From Psilocybe cubensis (taxonomy: Eukaryota): 64,000 bases of DNA. The notes below the pieces were generated by a model. That model was not told where the DNA came from, made no database searches, and saw only the letters and a list, made by a program, of their open reading frames with translations. A program made the translations under genes and the position numbers. Position 1 is the stretch's first letter, and each line of letters opens with the position of its first letter. The stretch is from assembly GCA_017499595.2 (NCBI GenBank), contig CM039001.1, positions 496,001 to 560,000 on the forward strand. Reading direction: 5' to 3'. This document shows, in pieces, positions 12,793 to 29,858 of the stretch.

Positions 12793-14667
12793 ATGCACCT
12801 CACAGTGGACCTGTCAGCCGCCGTCATTTTTGCGGGCGCAGTAATGGCGTCTCCAGTACTGATATCTAAGTCTCCAGTGACACTCTCCCTTTCCAGACGC
12901 GTCAACACAACAAGTATTCATAATCTCGTTCGACACGATCAGTCCAGAGCCAAGCAGCTCAGATTCGCGACGGCGCGATCATCATCTCCTCCAGATGCCA
13001 GCAACTTTTCAAAGCAAAGAAAAGACGACGTAAATGTACCCGCAGACAATCAAGCGGTATCTTATGTCGCTTCATTGGAGATCGGAACTCCATCCAGTAC
13101 TTCTCGGCCCAACACATGTGGGTTCCCAATTTTCAAATTATTATTGAAGTTACTTACACATGACAAATTTGTAGTCTCTCTCATTGTCGATACAGGAAGG
13201 TATATTTCCTTGAACTCGCCGTCGCAGTAGACGCAGTTGATAATTTATAACTTAGCTCAAACACTTGGTTTGGTGCTGGGACAACCAAATACATTTCAGG
13301 AACTGCAGAGCAGGATTATGATTTAGTGGTACGCGTGCCTTTTTAAGACATGTCTGTAAATCTAATGCTCCGTTCACAGGCGGTCCAATATGGCTCTGGA
13401 TACTTCATCGGTGTGTGGCCTTATTTTAATGTTTGCGCCGGGAAGCTGACCAGCTATTTCAGGAGATGAAATTCATGATGTCGTGACATTAGCACCAGGG
13501 TTCAACGTTTCGAACCAATCCCTGGGCAAATCTTTTCTGGTAAAGCAGAGGCATTTAATTTAAATTAAGCATGGTCTACTCAGATTTCAGCACAGGCAAA
13601 AGGGTTCTCGGATGTCGACGGTATTTTAGGGTAAGAATGTCAGCCAGTTATACTACTCATATATATCGACATATTTTGTCTAGTTTGGGCCCGACGCAGC
13701 TTACAAAAGGTGAGTATATTGTTTCACAAACCGAACCTTGTAATACTCATATTACGCGTGAAATTAGGGACACTTTACCCTTCTGTCAATGATGTAATTC
13801 CTACTATTATGGACAATCTGTATAATCAGGGACTTGTTTCTAACTATGAGGTGGGGATCTTTTTTGAGGCTACGACCGACACAAACGTCTCAAACGGCCA
13901 GCTTACTTTCGGTCAGTATTCTGAACCATATATTAACACTAAAATCTGATATTAGCTTTGCGTAGGAGGCACCGATCCATCTAAACACATGGGCGATATC
14001 ACCTATACGTGAGTTGTATCTCCAGTTTTGAATATACGCTCAATTTTTACAGGCCAATTACATCAATATCCCCCGCAAGCGCTTACTGGGGCATTACTCA
14101 GTCGCTGAGCTACGGAAACCTCAATATCCTTTCTCCAGGTACGCCTGGTATCGTGGACACAGGTAATATGCCTTTACATACATATCTTCAAATTACATTA
14201 CTCCGCAGCTGACCAGTACCCTTAAATACAGGAACAACTCTTATTCTTATTGCAACGGACGCATTCCAGAAGTATACATCGGCAACCGGAGCCACCTTTG
14301 ACGGCGCGACAGGCTTACTGACTATCACACTTGCTCAATACAAGAACCTTCAGAATCTGATTTTTCACATCGAAGGAGTAAGCGTGTTCTTGAACACATT
14401 GGCTCGAGTACACTAACTTGACATCAGACAGACTTTACGCTGATTCCCGACGCACAAATATGGCCTCGCGCTCTAAATCAAGACATTGGTGGTATTACAG
14501 GTAGCATATATCTGGTCATTGGAGACCTTGGCGAATTATCAGGCGCAGGACTTGACTTCATAAATGGCCTCGGTTTCCTCGAACGGTTTTATTCCGTATT
14601 TGACACGGGCAACAAACGGGTGGGACTTGCTCCAACGAGTATCACGACACGTATAATAAATTTCTAA
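12793..14667 (+). CDS. Secreted pepsin-like aspartic protease (family A1), many short exons
   Basis: Signal peptide and pro-region (MHLTVDLSAAVIFAGAVMASP...). Both catalytic motifs are present: LIVDTG(S)SNTW and GIVDTG|TTLILI. Also DGILGLGP and FLERFYSVFD; stop at 14665-14667. Confidence 0.9.
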
Positions 14668-14819
14668 CGAGAATTAGATAAATCGATGTAAATATATCAC
14701 CAAATATCGAAAGCTTCCAGTGAAGAGGAAAATTGAAAGGAATACTTGTACTTACAAGAAACTAGGGAGGCTATGATGTTCTGTACAACAGTGGTATTGG
14801 TACAGCCACTCCTGCAAAT

Positions 14820-15140
14820 AGGTAGAAAAATTCTCCGGCAGATTCTCCGACGCGATGTAAGCAACAAGCCTCTGTGGTAATCGATGGAAAATCGGTTTAC
14901 CATGATTATGACTCAATCCAAGATTTACAAAGTTCAAGGAATATTTGTACGAAATTCTGCTCGGAAAAAATAGACTTTGGACTTGGTTGGAGTGCACCAG
15001 CATTTGAGCAGCGTATTCGAGCGCGTTGCGCCCAGTCAAAACGCCAAAACGCCAGCCCTAAGGAAGGTCACGAGACCGTTTCAGTGTTGCTACATGTCGC
15101 CAAGCTTTCGCGACTTCACTTGGAGTTCACAACTTCCATT
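14820..15140 (+). pseudogene. Degraded fragments resembling a fungal-type protein kinase (FunK1/Pkinase_fungal)
   Basis: Motif-like pieces ILRRDVS (cf. ILHRDIS), IDFGLG (cf. LIDFD) and TRPF (cf. GTxPF) occur in order but in different frames, with stops. Confidence 0.3.
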
Positions 15141-15334
15141 CGCAAACGGCCAAAAATAGCTTCTCGCATTATAACAATGGACAAAGAACAATGGGAGTCT
15201 GAAAGGAACCGGACTTCATACCATTTTGGGCAGTATTCCCGTTACTCGAAGCCCGTTGATGGGCCACTCCAGTTTGGTTAAATAGTGGACGAGGTTCAAC
15301 GGAAAGAAAGTTTGCTCTTTCCTTTCCCCCCATC

Positions 15335-16692
15335 ATGTCCCGAGACAACACCCCTAGTGCACCTTCTACTCTCCCTGGCCCAGCTACTACTAGACTGGAC
15401 TCTTTGATGAATTCTGATTCTCCAGAGCCGACTTGGCCTCCCACCTGGGGTAAAATCTGCAGAGCTTTATTTCCAAATGCACCTCTTGCCAACCGAGTCG
15501 TCTACCCATCGGCCCGACCATACACAGGCTCCTTGGATTCCCCATCTACTTCGGATACTAGTTCAAGTTGCTCAGTTTCTCCCGATGCTTGTCAAGCTTT
15601 ACCGTCGTTGATGAGCCAGATGAACGTTACAAATATCACTGTTCGAGTTTTCTATCGCCCAGGAGAGCTTCCTGCAGAGAACTCTTTCACTCCGTCTACT
15701 ATTGCCCAGGAATCCCCAAAATCGGTTACCAAATATGGTACCGATAACACTTTTGCTACGGCTGCAGAAAACATATCGGAGGCATCTGGTCTCAGCCTCA
15801 ATGGTTTGCGATCTGCCAAAAGCTTCAAAGACGTTATCAGATGTCTTCTTCGGGCCATTCAGGGTACGCAACTATCCCTTCTATTCTGTCTCAATTATTA
15901 AAGATAATCTCTAGATGAATGTGCCAAATTTTCTGGTGGCGAGAGCGATGATGAGTTTGACAGACAATCTGCAGCTTTAGCGGCTCGGAAGAAAAAGTCA
16001 ACTGCTGCGACCTCCGACCCATTCAAACTTGTATGTTATTAATTTTCTTCGATAAATAGCTTCATATACTGAAAAGCGAATAGAACTCAAGGGCATTCAT
16101 GTCTTACGATATGATTTCAAAGCCCGGCAAGGAGCTTACGCTTCACGATAGCCTGGAATCCTTGGTCTGGATCTTTCTGTATATCGTGCTACGATACTCG
16201 AAGCACAACGCAATCAGGGATGCCGTCAGGCCTATGAGAGAGCAAATGTCGTGCACGCCGGTCAAGAATAAACCCAATCTTAACGCATTGCTGACGCTGC
16301 TATTTTGCCAAAACACACTGGCCGAAGAGGAATACGGAATCGGATTCGCAAAATTGGCCCTATTCCTGACTTCTCGTCCTCTACCTCCCAATTTCGAGGT
16401 ATTCGACAACCCAGCTATCACATCGGCCGTTTTCTCTCTCATTGAGCTGTTCGAAGAGAAATACAGATATTTAGAGCGCACTCTTCCCAAAAAGGTTCGC
16501 GCCTTGGCGCAGGTTGAAGAGATCAGTTACGAGGAGGCCGAAATCGAATACATGGCCACAACCTCATATAAGCGACATATGGAGGTCATCGACATGCTGC
16601 CCGAACGGATGGAGAATATCCTGCTGGACTGTATGCGTGATGAGGATTGGCCTGAGCAAGACATCCTGGTGGACGGATTGGCGGGACAGTGA
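15335..16692 (+). pseudogene. Truncated or degenerate FunK1-like kinase (C-lobe remnant)
   Basis: KSFKDVIRCLLRAIQ and MSYDMISKPGKELTLHDSLESLVWIFLYIVLRY resemble FunK1 FMSxxLL...HDLESxxWV. No HRD-type catalytic loop is visible between them. Confidence 0.45.
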
Positions 16693-17007
16693 GGGATTGG
16701 TGAAGGGTGTTCTGTATCATGTAATTATATCGAGACAACAGCAATTCGTGTACCATAGTCATTGAAATTTGCATTCATTATCTTTCAGCAAACTCAATAT
16801 ACTAAAGCACAGACCACAAAATGGTAACCCGTTCTCTAAGAGTATTGTCACGTAATATTAGCGCTTATTTAAGTCTAAGCTCTGTTACCTCCAAGTTACC
16901 TCCGTAGGGTTGGCAGATCGTCATTCACGTCTTCATGTTTAAGACTAACAGATATTCAGGAATCCCAGTTCTAAGTTCTGATGTTATCAATTATAGTAAT
17001 GTATTGG

Positions 17008-18552
17008 CTAATCTCTGCAAACAAGTTTCATTGAACAAGGATCATCATAGAATGTCACTTTCAATCCTTCCTTCTGTAGAACTAAGAGTCTCCGAATATC
17101 ATACAGTAAAGAACGGCCGACACCACAGACCGAGACGGCTTTCAGATATTTCTTACCAGGAGCACCGTTCCATCGATATTCAATCATGGATGATAGCACT
17201 GGGTCGTCCGAGTCGACTTCCACACCGTCTTTGTCGTAGCCGAAAGACTCAAGCACGGGACATATACTAAACTCTCCCTTCGACGTGTCCCATGTTGTCA
17301 AGCATTTTGCAAAAGCATCGGTCAGCAAGTGTGGGCCATCGTCTTCCTGCTCGCAGTCATATGTAGAATGTAGTTCCAGTGACTTTAAATTTGGAAGCAA
17401 ACATAGAAACTCGAGCTTTTCTTGTTCTGTTGATTGATCCCGATCGAGTACGAGGTGTTCCAGCGTGAGCTCGCATCGTGAAATGAAAGTGATGAAGTCC
17501 TCCTGTATCCATTTACGATCACGGCGTAGGACAAGCTTATTGAGCAATGGAGCGCGTATGAGTGAGAGAATTCGAGTCAACGGAGAATTTCCTCGAATGT
17601 CATCTGCAACATAGCCTATTAAAGTCAATTCTCTTAAAAAAGGTAAATTTCTGATCCGGCTCTGTGCTGGTATCACGCCGAGTAGCCGCCCTGCGTTGCA
17701 CCTTTCCAGTGCCCTTGTCGATGAGAGAACGAGATACAGTTCCGATACAAAAATATAGCCTTCCAGGATTTCCAGATTTACTAGATTCCGAAAGTACATC
17801 TGCGTGTCATGAACTAAGACTGGCCTACCAGAAGTAGGCTGCCGCCTTATTAGTGTGTGCAGCTTTGGGGACATCTGCACCGTCCTCCGCACAAACGGGG
17901 CGAGGCCCTTATCGTATAGACCAATTTTGTATTCATCAGGGGAAGGATGCCTAACACTTCCCACGATTTCCAGAGTCTCTAGGATCGGCGCGTAATGTTT
18001 AACGAAGATAAGATCACTTGTCGCTCGCCACTGAAAACGTTTGGCGGGATTGCGACAACCGATGCAGGTGGTATTCAAGAGTTGGGCATCAATTCGCATT
18101 TTCTGCGCGCGGTGAATGTTTAGAGCGAAATTCCAGAATGCGGGCAGAGCATATCGTCGTTTTACAGCATCTCGAATGTTGGAGCTACTCGTCAGATAAA
18201 CAGGAGAGGCGTTGTTTCGGAGCGACGCAGTCGTATATGCGAGGTTGAGGGTGAGGGGTTTGGTAGATGCGCGCTTGAAGGCAAGAACGATGAGCTCTTG
18301 CTTTGGTGAACTGTTCCCGTGGCGATCGATTCTTAATGCGATATCGGTCCATAAATCTGGGATATCCGCAACTATGTTGTAAAACCTAGAGCAGACATGG
18401 CTTAATCGAAGAGAATTATCCACTACCCGACTTGATGTTGAGGCTATATCGATTTCTGGGTTTTCGAGGACTGCGATCTTGAATATCTCTTGCCAAACGT
18501 CTTCTGGGATCTGGTGAATGACCCAGTTTTTTGCAAGAGTCGTTGACCTCAT
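17008..18552 (-). CDS. Intronless F-box-like protein with an LRR-like C-terminal region
   Basis: 514-aa ORF. IHQIPEDVWQEIF...LSHVCSRFYNIVADIPDLWTDI is a typical agaric F-box-like N-terminus; LxxLxL repeats follow downstream. Confidence 0.8.
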   Translation of the reverse strand: MRSTTLAKNWVIHQIPEDVWQEIFKIAVLENPEIDIASTSSRVVDNSLRLSHVCSRFYNIVADIPDLWTDIALRIDRHGNSSPKQELIVLAFKRASTKPLTLNLAYTTASLRNNASPVYLTSSSNIRDAVKRRYALPAFWNFALNIHRAQKMRIDAQLLNTTCIGCRNPAKRFQWRATSDLIFVKHYAPILETLEIVGSVRHPSPDEYKIGLYDKGLAPFVRRTVQMSPKLHTLIRRQPTSGRPVLVHDTQMYFRNLVNLEILEGYIFVSELYLVLSSTRALERCNAGRLLGVIPAQSRIRNLPFLRELTLIGYVADDIRGNSPLTRILSLIRAPLLNKLVLRRDRKWIQEDFITFISRCELTLEHLVLDRDQSTEQEKLEFLCLLPNLKSLELHSTYDCEQEDDGPHLLTDAFAKCLTTWDTSKGEFSICPVLESFGYDKDGVEVDSDDPVLSSMIEYRWNGAPGKKYLKAVSVCGVGRSLLYDIRRLLVLQKEGLKVTFYDDPCSMKLVCRD

Positions 18553-19058
18553 CGGGGGAGATAAAGAAGAAAATGAGGTTTTTTATGGGCGATTTGTGGA
18601 TGAGGAACAAAGCTTCTGTAGGCATCAAAGAATACCTATATAGGTGTCGTTCTGTCAAAAGTACACATGACTGTGAGATTCAAACACCGGCGAAATAAGA
18701 TGATAAACCTCATCCGGCCAAAGTAAACAAAATTGAGTCAATCTGATACCCCGGACTCTCAGTGGGATTATTTGTGTTTATGAACAGCCACAAACCGTAA
18801 ACAAAAAATTAATGCCACGATGTATGATGCCTTGAGCCCTCGCAGAATTTTGTCAAGTTGCACACTTTCAAAACGTAAATTCAGTCTGAATGGTAGAGGG
18901 AGAAATAATGACTGTCGTATATCGCCTGGTGGCACAGAAAAGGTGCACCTTGTACGAAATGAAATTATGGGAAGGACATGAAGAACAAGAGCACCTCGTT
19001 GTTCGAGGTAAGTTTCGAGCGAACGGGTGGTGACCCCAACACGTGAAGCAGGTTTAGG

Positions 19059-19170
19059 GCAGGCGCTCTGGCGTTCCCACTTCCAGGTTGATACATTATT
19101 GAGATGGTAGATAGCAGGCGCTCTGGCGTTCCCACTTCCAGGTTGATACATTATTGAGATGGTAGATAGC
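19059..19170. repeat. Perfect 55-bp tandem duplication
   Basis: gcaggcgctctggcgttcccacttccaggttgatacattattgagatggtagata occurs at 19059 and again at 19114. Confidence 0.95.
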
Positions 19171-19772
19171 TTACACTACGAATATCTACATTCACTTATA
19201 TACACACAATATCACCCCAGATACAACAAAGTTCAACAACTTCTCCAATACAAACAAAATGGTTTCAGTATCCCGCCCTATCATCCCACCACGTAAAGTT
19301 ATCCAACAATATTTGGTACAGAATAATGCCTCTGATCGACACGAATGCCGCTCTGTTGTACAAGATAGATTGTGTTGGAAATTGGTAAAGCCTGTAAGGA
19401 CGATACCATCCATGACCAGCTTTTGCGTTCAGCTGCTTTTCCGAGGATCGATGAAGCACATCGGGGTGTCCCTCCAGTGTTGACCCTGCCGACTTGCTGT
19501 TGCTCCCAGTCGAGGTTTTTGACAGGACAATGCGTGTCATTAAAGAAGTAAAGGTGGTCTTGCAAATTGCCGGGTGGTAGTTAGCGAGAACGTGTGGATC
19601 GCTTCTTCCTTCTGGGATGCTTCTACAAAAAATTGTTAAAACGCTGTAACTTCGAGAGTACAAATTCATACCAGTGGCAGACACCCATTGTGACCGGTGT
19701 CCTGAAACTGGCACAACCCGTTCGAAGCATGCATTTCGCAACCATCCACGCTGTTGCCACCAAAATCCAGTG

Positions 19773-20973
19773 TTATCCATGTGATATCTTAAGTTCCGCA
19801 AGTTGATTCAAAAGACGAGCTCTTTCATTTAGGAGCTCTCGAGTGCGTTCGTATTGTTCTTGCACCGTTTCTATTTTGACAGAACGAGTCTACATCAAAG
19901 ATGGCATCAGCAATAAAATTGCGAGTGGCATAAATGGAAGATGACAGTACCTTTCCTTTTGAACGAGGGCGATCGATAGACAAGGAACGACTGTGTTCAA
20001 ACTCTGCCAATTCTAATTCCTCGTCCACAGGCTCAATGTACCCTGAATATCTGACGGAGGTGTTCGATTGATTTTGCCAATCATCGGTGTCAAGAAAGAC
20101 ATTGCTGGTGTCATGGTTTGTACGAATAGGTTGATTGTAGGTGGCACGCGGTGTTCGGTCGCTAGAATGCGCGATTGCCGGGGTTGAAGGCTGAGCATAA
20201 TCGCGCGAGAATAAAAGAGATGATGATGGTGCTGCATATTCGTGATCGCATGGAGGTTGAGGAATGTCGGATTTCGCAAAAGGTGGAAGAGCGCTCAGGA
20301 CATCCGAAACATTGTCCGAGGATTCGTCGGGATGTTCGTCGTGCACATCGTGTTCCCCGGCATCTAGGGTAGTGAAAGATTCCTTGTCCGTATCTTTCAT
20401 GAAGGGGGAGAAGAGATGATGAGAGCGTCTCGTGCTTCCTGTAGCTGTGGACCCCGTCTGGAATAGAGATATGGCATCCAAATCTAGCTGTGACTTTGGA
20501 GAAAGCGGAGCGGGTGGAGGCGTGGATTGAGGTGGGGTATGGTATCGCTGAGCAATTGATTGTCGCTTGTGCGTCCTCGGGGTTTGGATAAGGCCTTCTC
20601 GTCTACCCATCCAACAAAGTAGTTCCGCGACAAAGGAAATCTCCTCCTCTTCTCCGTCCGCTAGGCGCCGAGGGTCGATATCACTAAGACCAACATCCAT
20701 CTTCATTACATCAATTTCGAGGAAACCTAAAAATATCTTCATGTTCTGGACTTTGGAAGCTTTGGAATACTTCGCTTGCTGGCTTCGGTCGATGAGGGGT
20801 ATCCGCATGTTCAACATGGATTCGAGAATGGCGATTAAGAGACTAGGCGTCAAGTCTGTGGGTGAAACTAAAGTGATCGGGATGTTCAGCGAAGATAAGA
20901 GAGTATTTAGTTGATCTACCAGTGTAGCTTCATCTAAAACACTACTTTTACTCGCGACATGAGCTGATGCCAT
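19773..20973 (-). CDS. Hypothetical protein with an N-terminal calponin-homology-like (CEP95/DUF5745-like) helical domain and a C-terminal coiled coil
   Basis: Long ORF MASAHVASK...KVQNMKIFLGFLEIDVMKMDVGLSDIDPRRLADGEEEEISFVAELLCW. After an intron near 19890-19950 the last exon reads ...ERTRELLNERARLLNQLAELKISHG*. The domain call is inference. Confidence 0.65.
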
Positions 20974-21312
20974 CTGCTCGAAGACCTAAGACAAGAGTCG
21001 GATGGTTTGAATGTTGCGGGAGATACAAGTTTATCACATATGTCAAGCCAGATGTTTAGCTCAGACCTGTTTTTAAGCATATCAGAATTAATGAGATAAC
21101 CTTTCATATAACAGAAAAACATACCGGCATACAGTCTTCTAAGCAGCGCCTGTGGGTGTAAGTAGAGGGCGCATAGCAGCCAGAATAGGAAGTGTGTGCC
21201 GCTGACTAAGACCGGCCCTAAACCTCATCAAGGACGCGAACAACAATTTGGCAGGACGCGACTTTTATTATTGCACTTATTGCCTTTGTCGTCATTTCGA
21301 CGCGTCGACGAC

Positions 21313-26784
<5,472 letters not shown>

Positions 26785-27169
26785 TGCGTATTTTATAGTA
26801 TACATTAGCCCTTGTACTAATACTTCTTTTTCTGTGTTTTATATTTTTGGTTATTGTAACATGTAAATGATTTTTTTCTGCTGATGATGATGAAAAAAAT
26901 CTTATCGGTTGCTATATATGGAAATTTTGATCATGTCAGGCTCAATCGCGTCGGCTGCTGCTTGAGCTCTTCCTTTACCGTTGGACCCTCCGAGTGCGCG
27001 TGGGATTATCAGAGTCACTCTGGACGCGCTCCCTCTGTCGACTTAATACTGCTTCTGACTGGATTCGATCTCCAGACCGTCTAAATTCAAGTTTAGATCA
27101 CCCTCAATCCAAATCTTCTTCCACTCTCTCCCTCCTCCACCTCCACCCCCAACTCCCCCTCCAAAACCA

Positions 27170-29294
27170 ATGGCCTCAACCTCCCTATCCACCCCTCTCC
27201 CCCTCCCCCCTCCCCATCCCCCCACATCATCCGCCCTCGCACTCGCACATCTAACACAAGAAGAACACGACGCACTCCAAGCCGCCGTGTTCCAGCGCCT
27301 GCATCCACGACTGTATCTGGAGCGGTATGTGAGCGAGCGGGTGAGGCCTGATGCGCGGCTGTTTGGGGAGGGGAGGGGGGTGAGTGTTGATGTTGGTGAG
27401 TTTTGAGTTTTGTTTGTGTTTGTGCTTTTTTGCTTTTTTGCTTTTTTGCTTTGTGTTTTTTGCTTTGTTGTTGTGGGTTGGGGTGGGTGAGATGGGTAAG
27501 ATGGGTGGGTGGTGGTTTGGGTGGTTTGGGTGGTTTGGGTGATAGGGACACGGACGCGGACATGAACTCGGACACAGACTTGGACACATACTTGGACTTG
27601 GACTCGGACTTGGACGAAGGGAACATTCGCGATTATCTTTGGTTGGCATATGCTTAGGATGGACCCTCCCTCCCTTCAACACCGCGTCCTCGTCCTCCAT
27701 CCAACCATCTCAAAATCACGCATTGCGTTCCCTCCGTCCAATGTCCAATTTCCATTTTTTTTGTTTGGCTATTTGCTAGGTGTCATCTCGTCTTTGCTCT
27801 CCGTCTATCTATCTGTCCGTCCGTTTGTCTGTTTCGTAATCGGGAAACATGGAGAACTGTCTCGAGATCCGCTGCCTACGGTTTCACTCCCCATCCTAAT
27901 CCTCATTCCAATCTCCAATCTCCAATCTTGTCCTTTTAAACATCTAAAATAAAATTCGAATCTAATCTAACACACTCTCTTTCTTCTCTTTGACTTCTCT
28001 TGGCCTTCAACTTCAACTTCAACTTCAACTTCCACTTCAACTTCAACTTCAACTTCAACTTCAACTTCAACTTTGACTTCAACTTCAACTTTGACTTCAA
28101 CTTCAACTTCACCTTCACCTTCAACTTCAACTTTACACTGACTTTAACTAACTTTACCGCGAAAGGACAGGCTCCATATCGACCGCCGACGGCTCCGCGC
28201 TCGTCAGGATGGGCGAAACGACCGTCGTGTGTGGTGTCAAAGCTGAGATTGCGGAGCCTGAGCTGGATAGAGAGTCGTTAGGGTTTTTAGGTGTGTATTT
28301 TACCATTTCCCGTTTCCCGTTTCCCTGTCCTCTTTTGCTTTTTAATTTTTGATTTTTGACTTTTGCGCTTTTCGGTGTAATTGAGATGGTCTAAGCTGAA
28401 GATGTGTTGTGCTTTTATAGTGCCCAATCTGGATCTTACTGCGATGTGCTCGCCCAAGTTTAAACCTGGTCCGCCGACGGAGGAGGCGCAGGTGTTGTCT
28501 GATCGGTTGAATCATGCGCTTATCACGTCAGTATTATACACACACTCTCTCTCTCTCCATCTCTCTTTCCTCAAACCCAATGCGCACACACTGATTTATT
28601 TTTTGAAATTTTGTCGCAGATCGAATTTTGTATCGCTGGAATCGCTGTGCATACACCCAGGTAAAGCGGTATGGGTGCTCTACGTCGACGCGACATGTGT
28701 GAATTATGATGGGAACGCGTTTGATGCGACGTTGCTTGCGATGGTTGCTGCTCTTCGAAATAGTGCGTTTTTTTGGTTTTTTTTTTCGCTTTTGCTTTCG
28801 AAAGCGTCGGCATTCTTATTATATGCTATTTTGTCGATGGGTGTAGCGACACTGCCGCAGGCGACGTATGACCCTGAAACGAACCGGACGGTATGTTCGA
28901 GGAGATTACCGAGGGTCCCGCTGCAGTTAGCGAAGAGCACGCCGATTAGCACGTCGTTTGGGATATTCGACTCGTACGTCAATCGTTCATGTTCATTGAT
29001 CTTCCTACACGGATTGCTGATACTGTTTGTTTGATTCGATTTGATTTGATTAGGAAATATGTTTTGCTGGATCCGACGGCGTTCGAAGAGCCGTTGTTGG
29101 ATACTTCTCTGTCGATTGTGTTGGGTGATGAGGGTGATATTGTGTCGGTTGCGCAGGTGGGGTCGTTGGTGGTTTCTGTGAGCGAGGGTGAGGGTGAGGG
29201 AGGGGAGGAGGTGCGGAAGGATGTGTTGGCGGAGTGTATAGCGAGTGCGAAGTTGCGGCGCGCAGAGGTTGTAGATGCGTTGAACGTAACGTGA
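27170..29294 (+). CDS. RRP43: Exosome complex component RRP43 (RNase PH fold)
   Basis: AAVFQRLHPRLYLERY...RPDAR; GSISTADGSALVRMGETTVVCGVKAE; VPNLDLTAMCSPKFKPGPP; VWVLYVDATCVNYDGNAFDA; LLDPTAFEE. Confidence 0.9.
28005..28135. repeat. (TTCAAC)n hexanucleotide microsatellite in RRP43 intron 1
   Basis: About 21 imperfect ttcaac units. Confidence 0.95.
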
Positions 29295-29858
29295 AACGGT
29301 GAAACGGTGATACTCGAAAAGTTAAAGTTGGAAGTTAAAGTGACTAGCCCCTGTGTTCAGGCAAAAATATAACGAAGCGAGGTGGAGAGGATGATCTTAT
29401 GTCCGAAAAAGCGTATCGGGATTATGTAGTCCGAACAACAGCGATCTGTAAAAAAAAATTAAAAGTGAATGTGACTCGTTCAGGAGGTACATATAAGATC
29501 CCCCGGGTTATTCCCCGTGTCGGTGTTTGTTTCCTTGTTCGCTGACTCTCATCATACGCAAAAATCAAAAATCATCGGTGCACTGCACTGTTTGTAGGTA
29601 TGGGTTTTGTTTGTGGGATGGATGGCAAGGAGGGGGCGCTAATGGGTCTGTTAGTTTATCAGATTGCTGATAAGCGCGTCTATCACGTGTTGCGAAACTA
29701 GGTAAAGGATCATCTCGATTGCTGGAACGCATAGCGTGAGTCTCCGAGTTTTTTTGTTCTTTTTTATCTTTTGCCCCCTTCCCCTTCCTGCCTTCCTTTC
29801 CCTACCCCTCCCTTCCTTTCTTTCCTTTCTACCCCTCCCCCTCCCTCATACACATTCA

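Noticed and set aside
27936-28281. ORFs encoding (KL)n or (FN)n peptides
   Set aside because: They are translations of the intronic (TTCAAC)n microsatellite.
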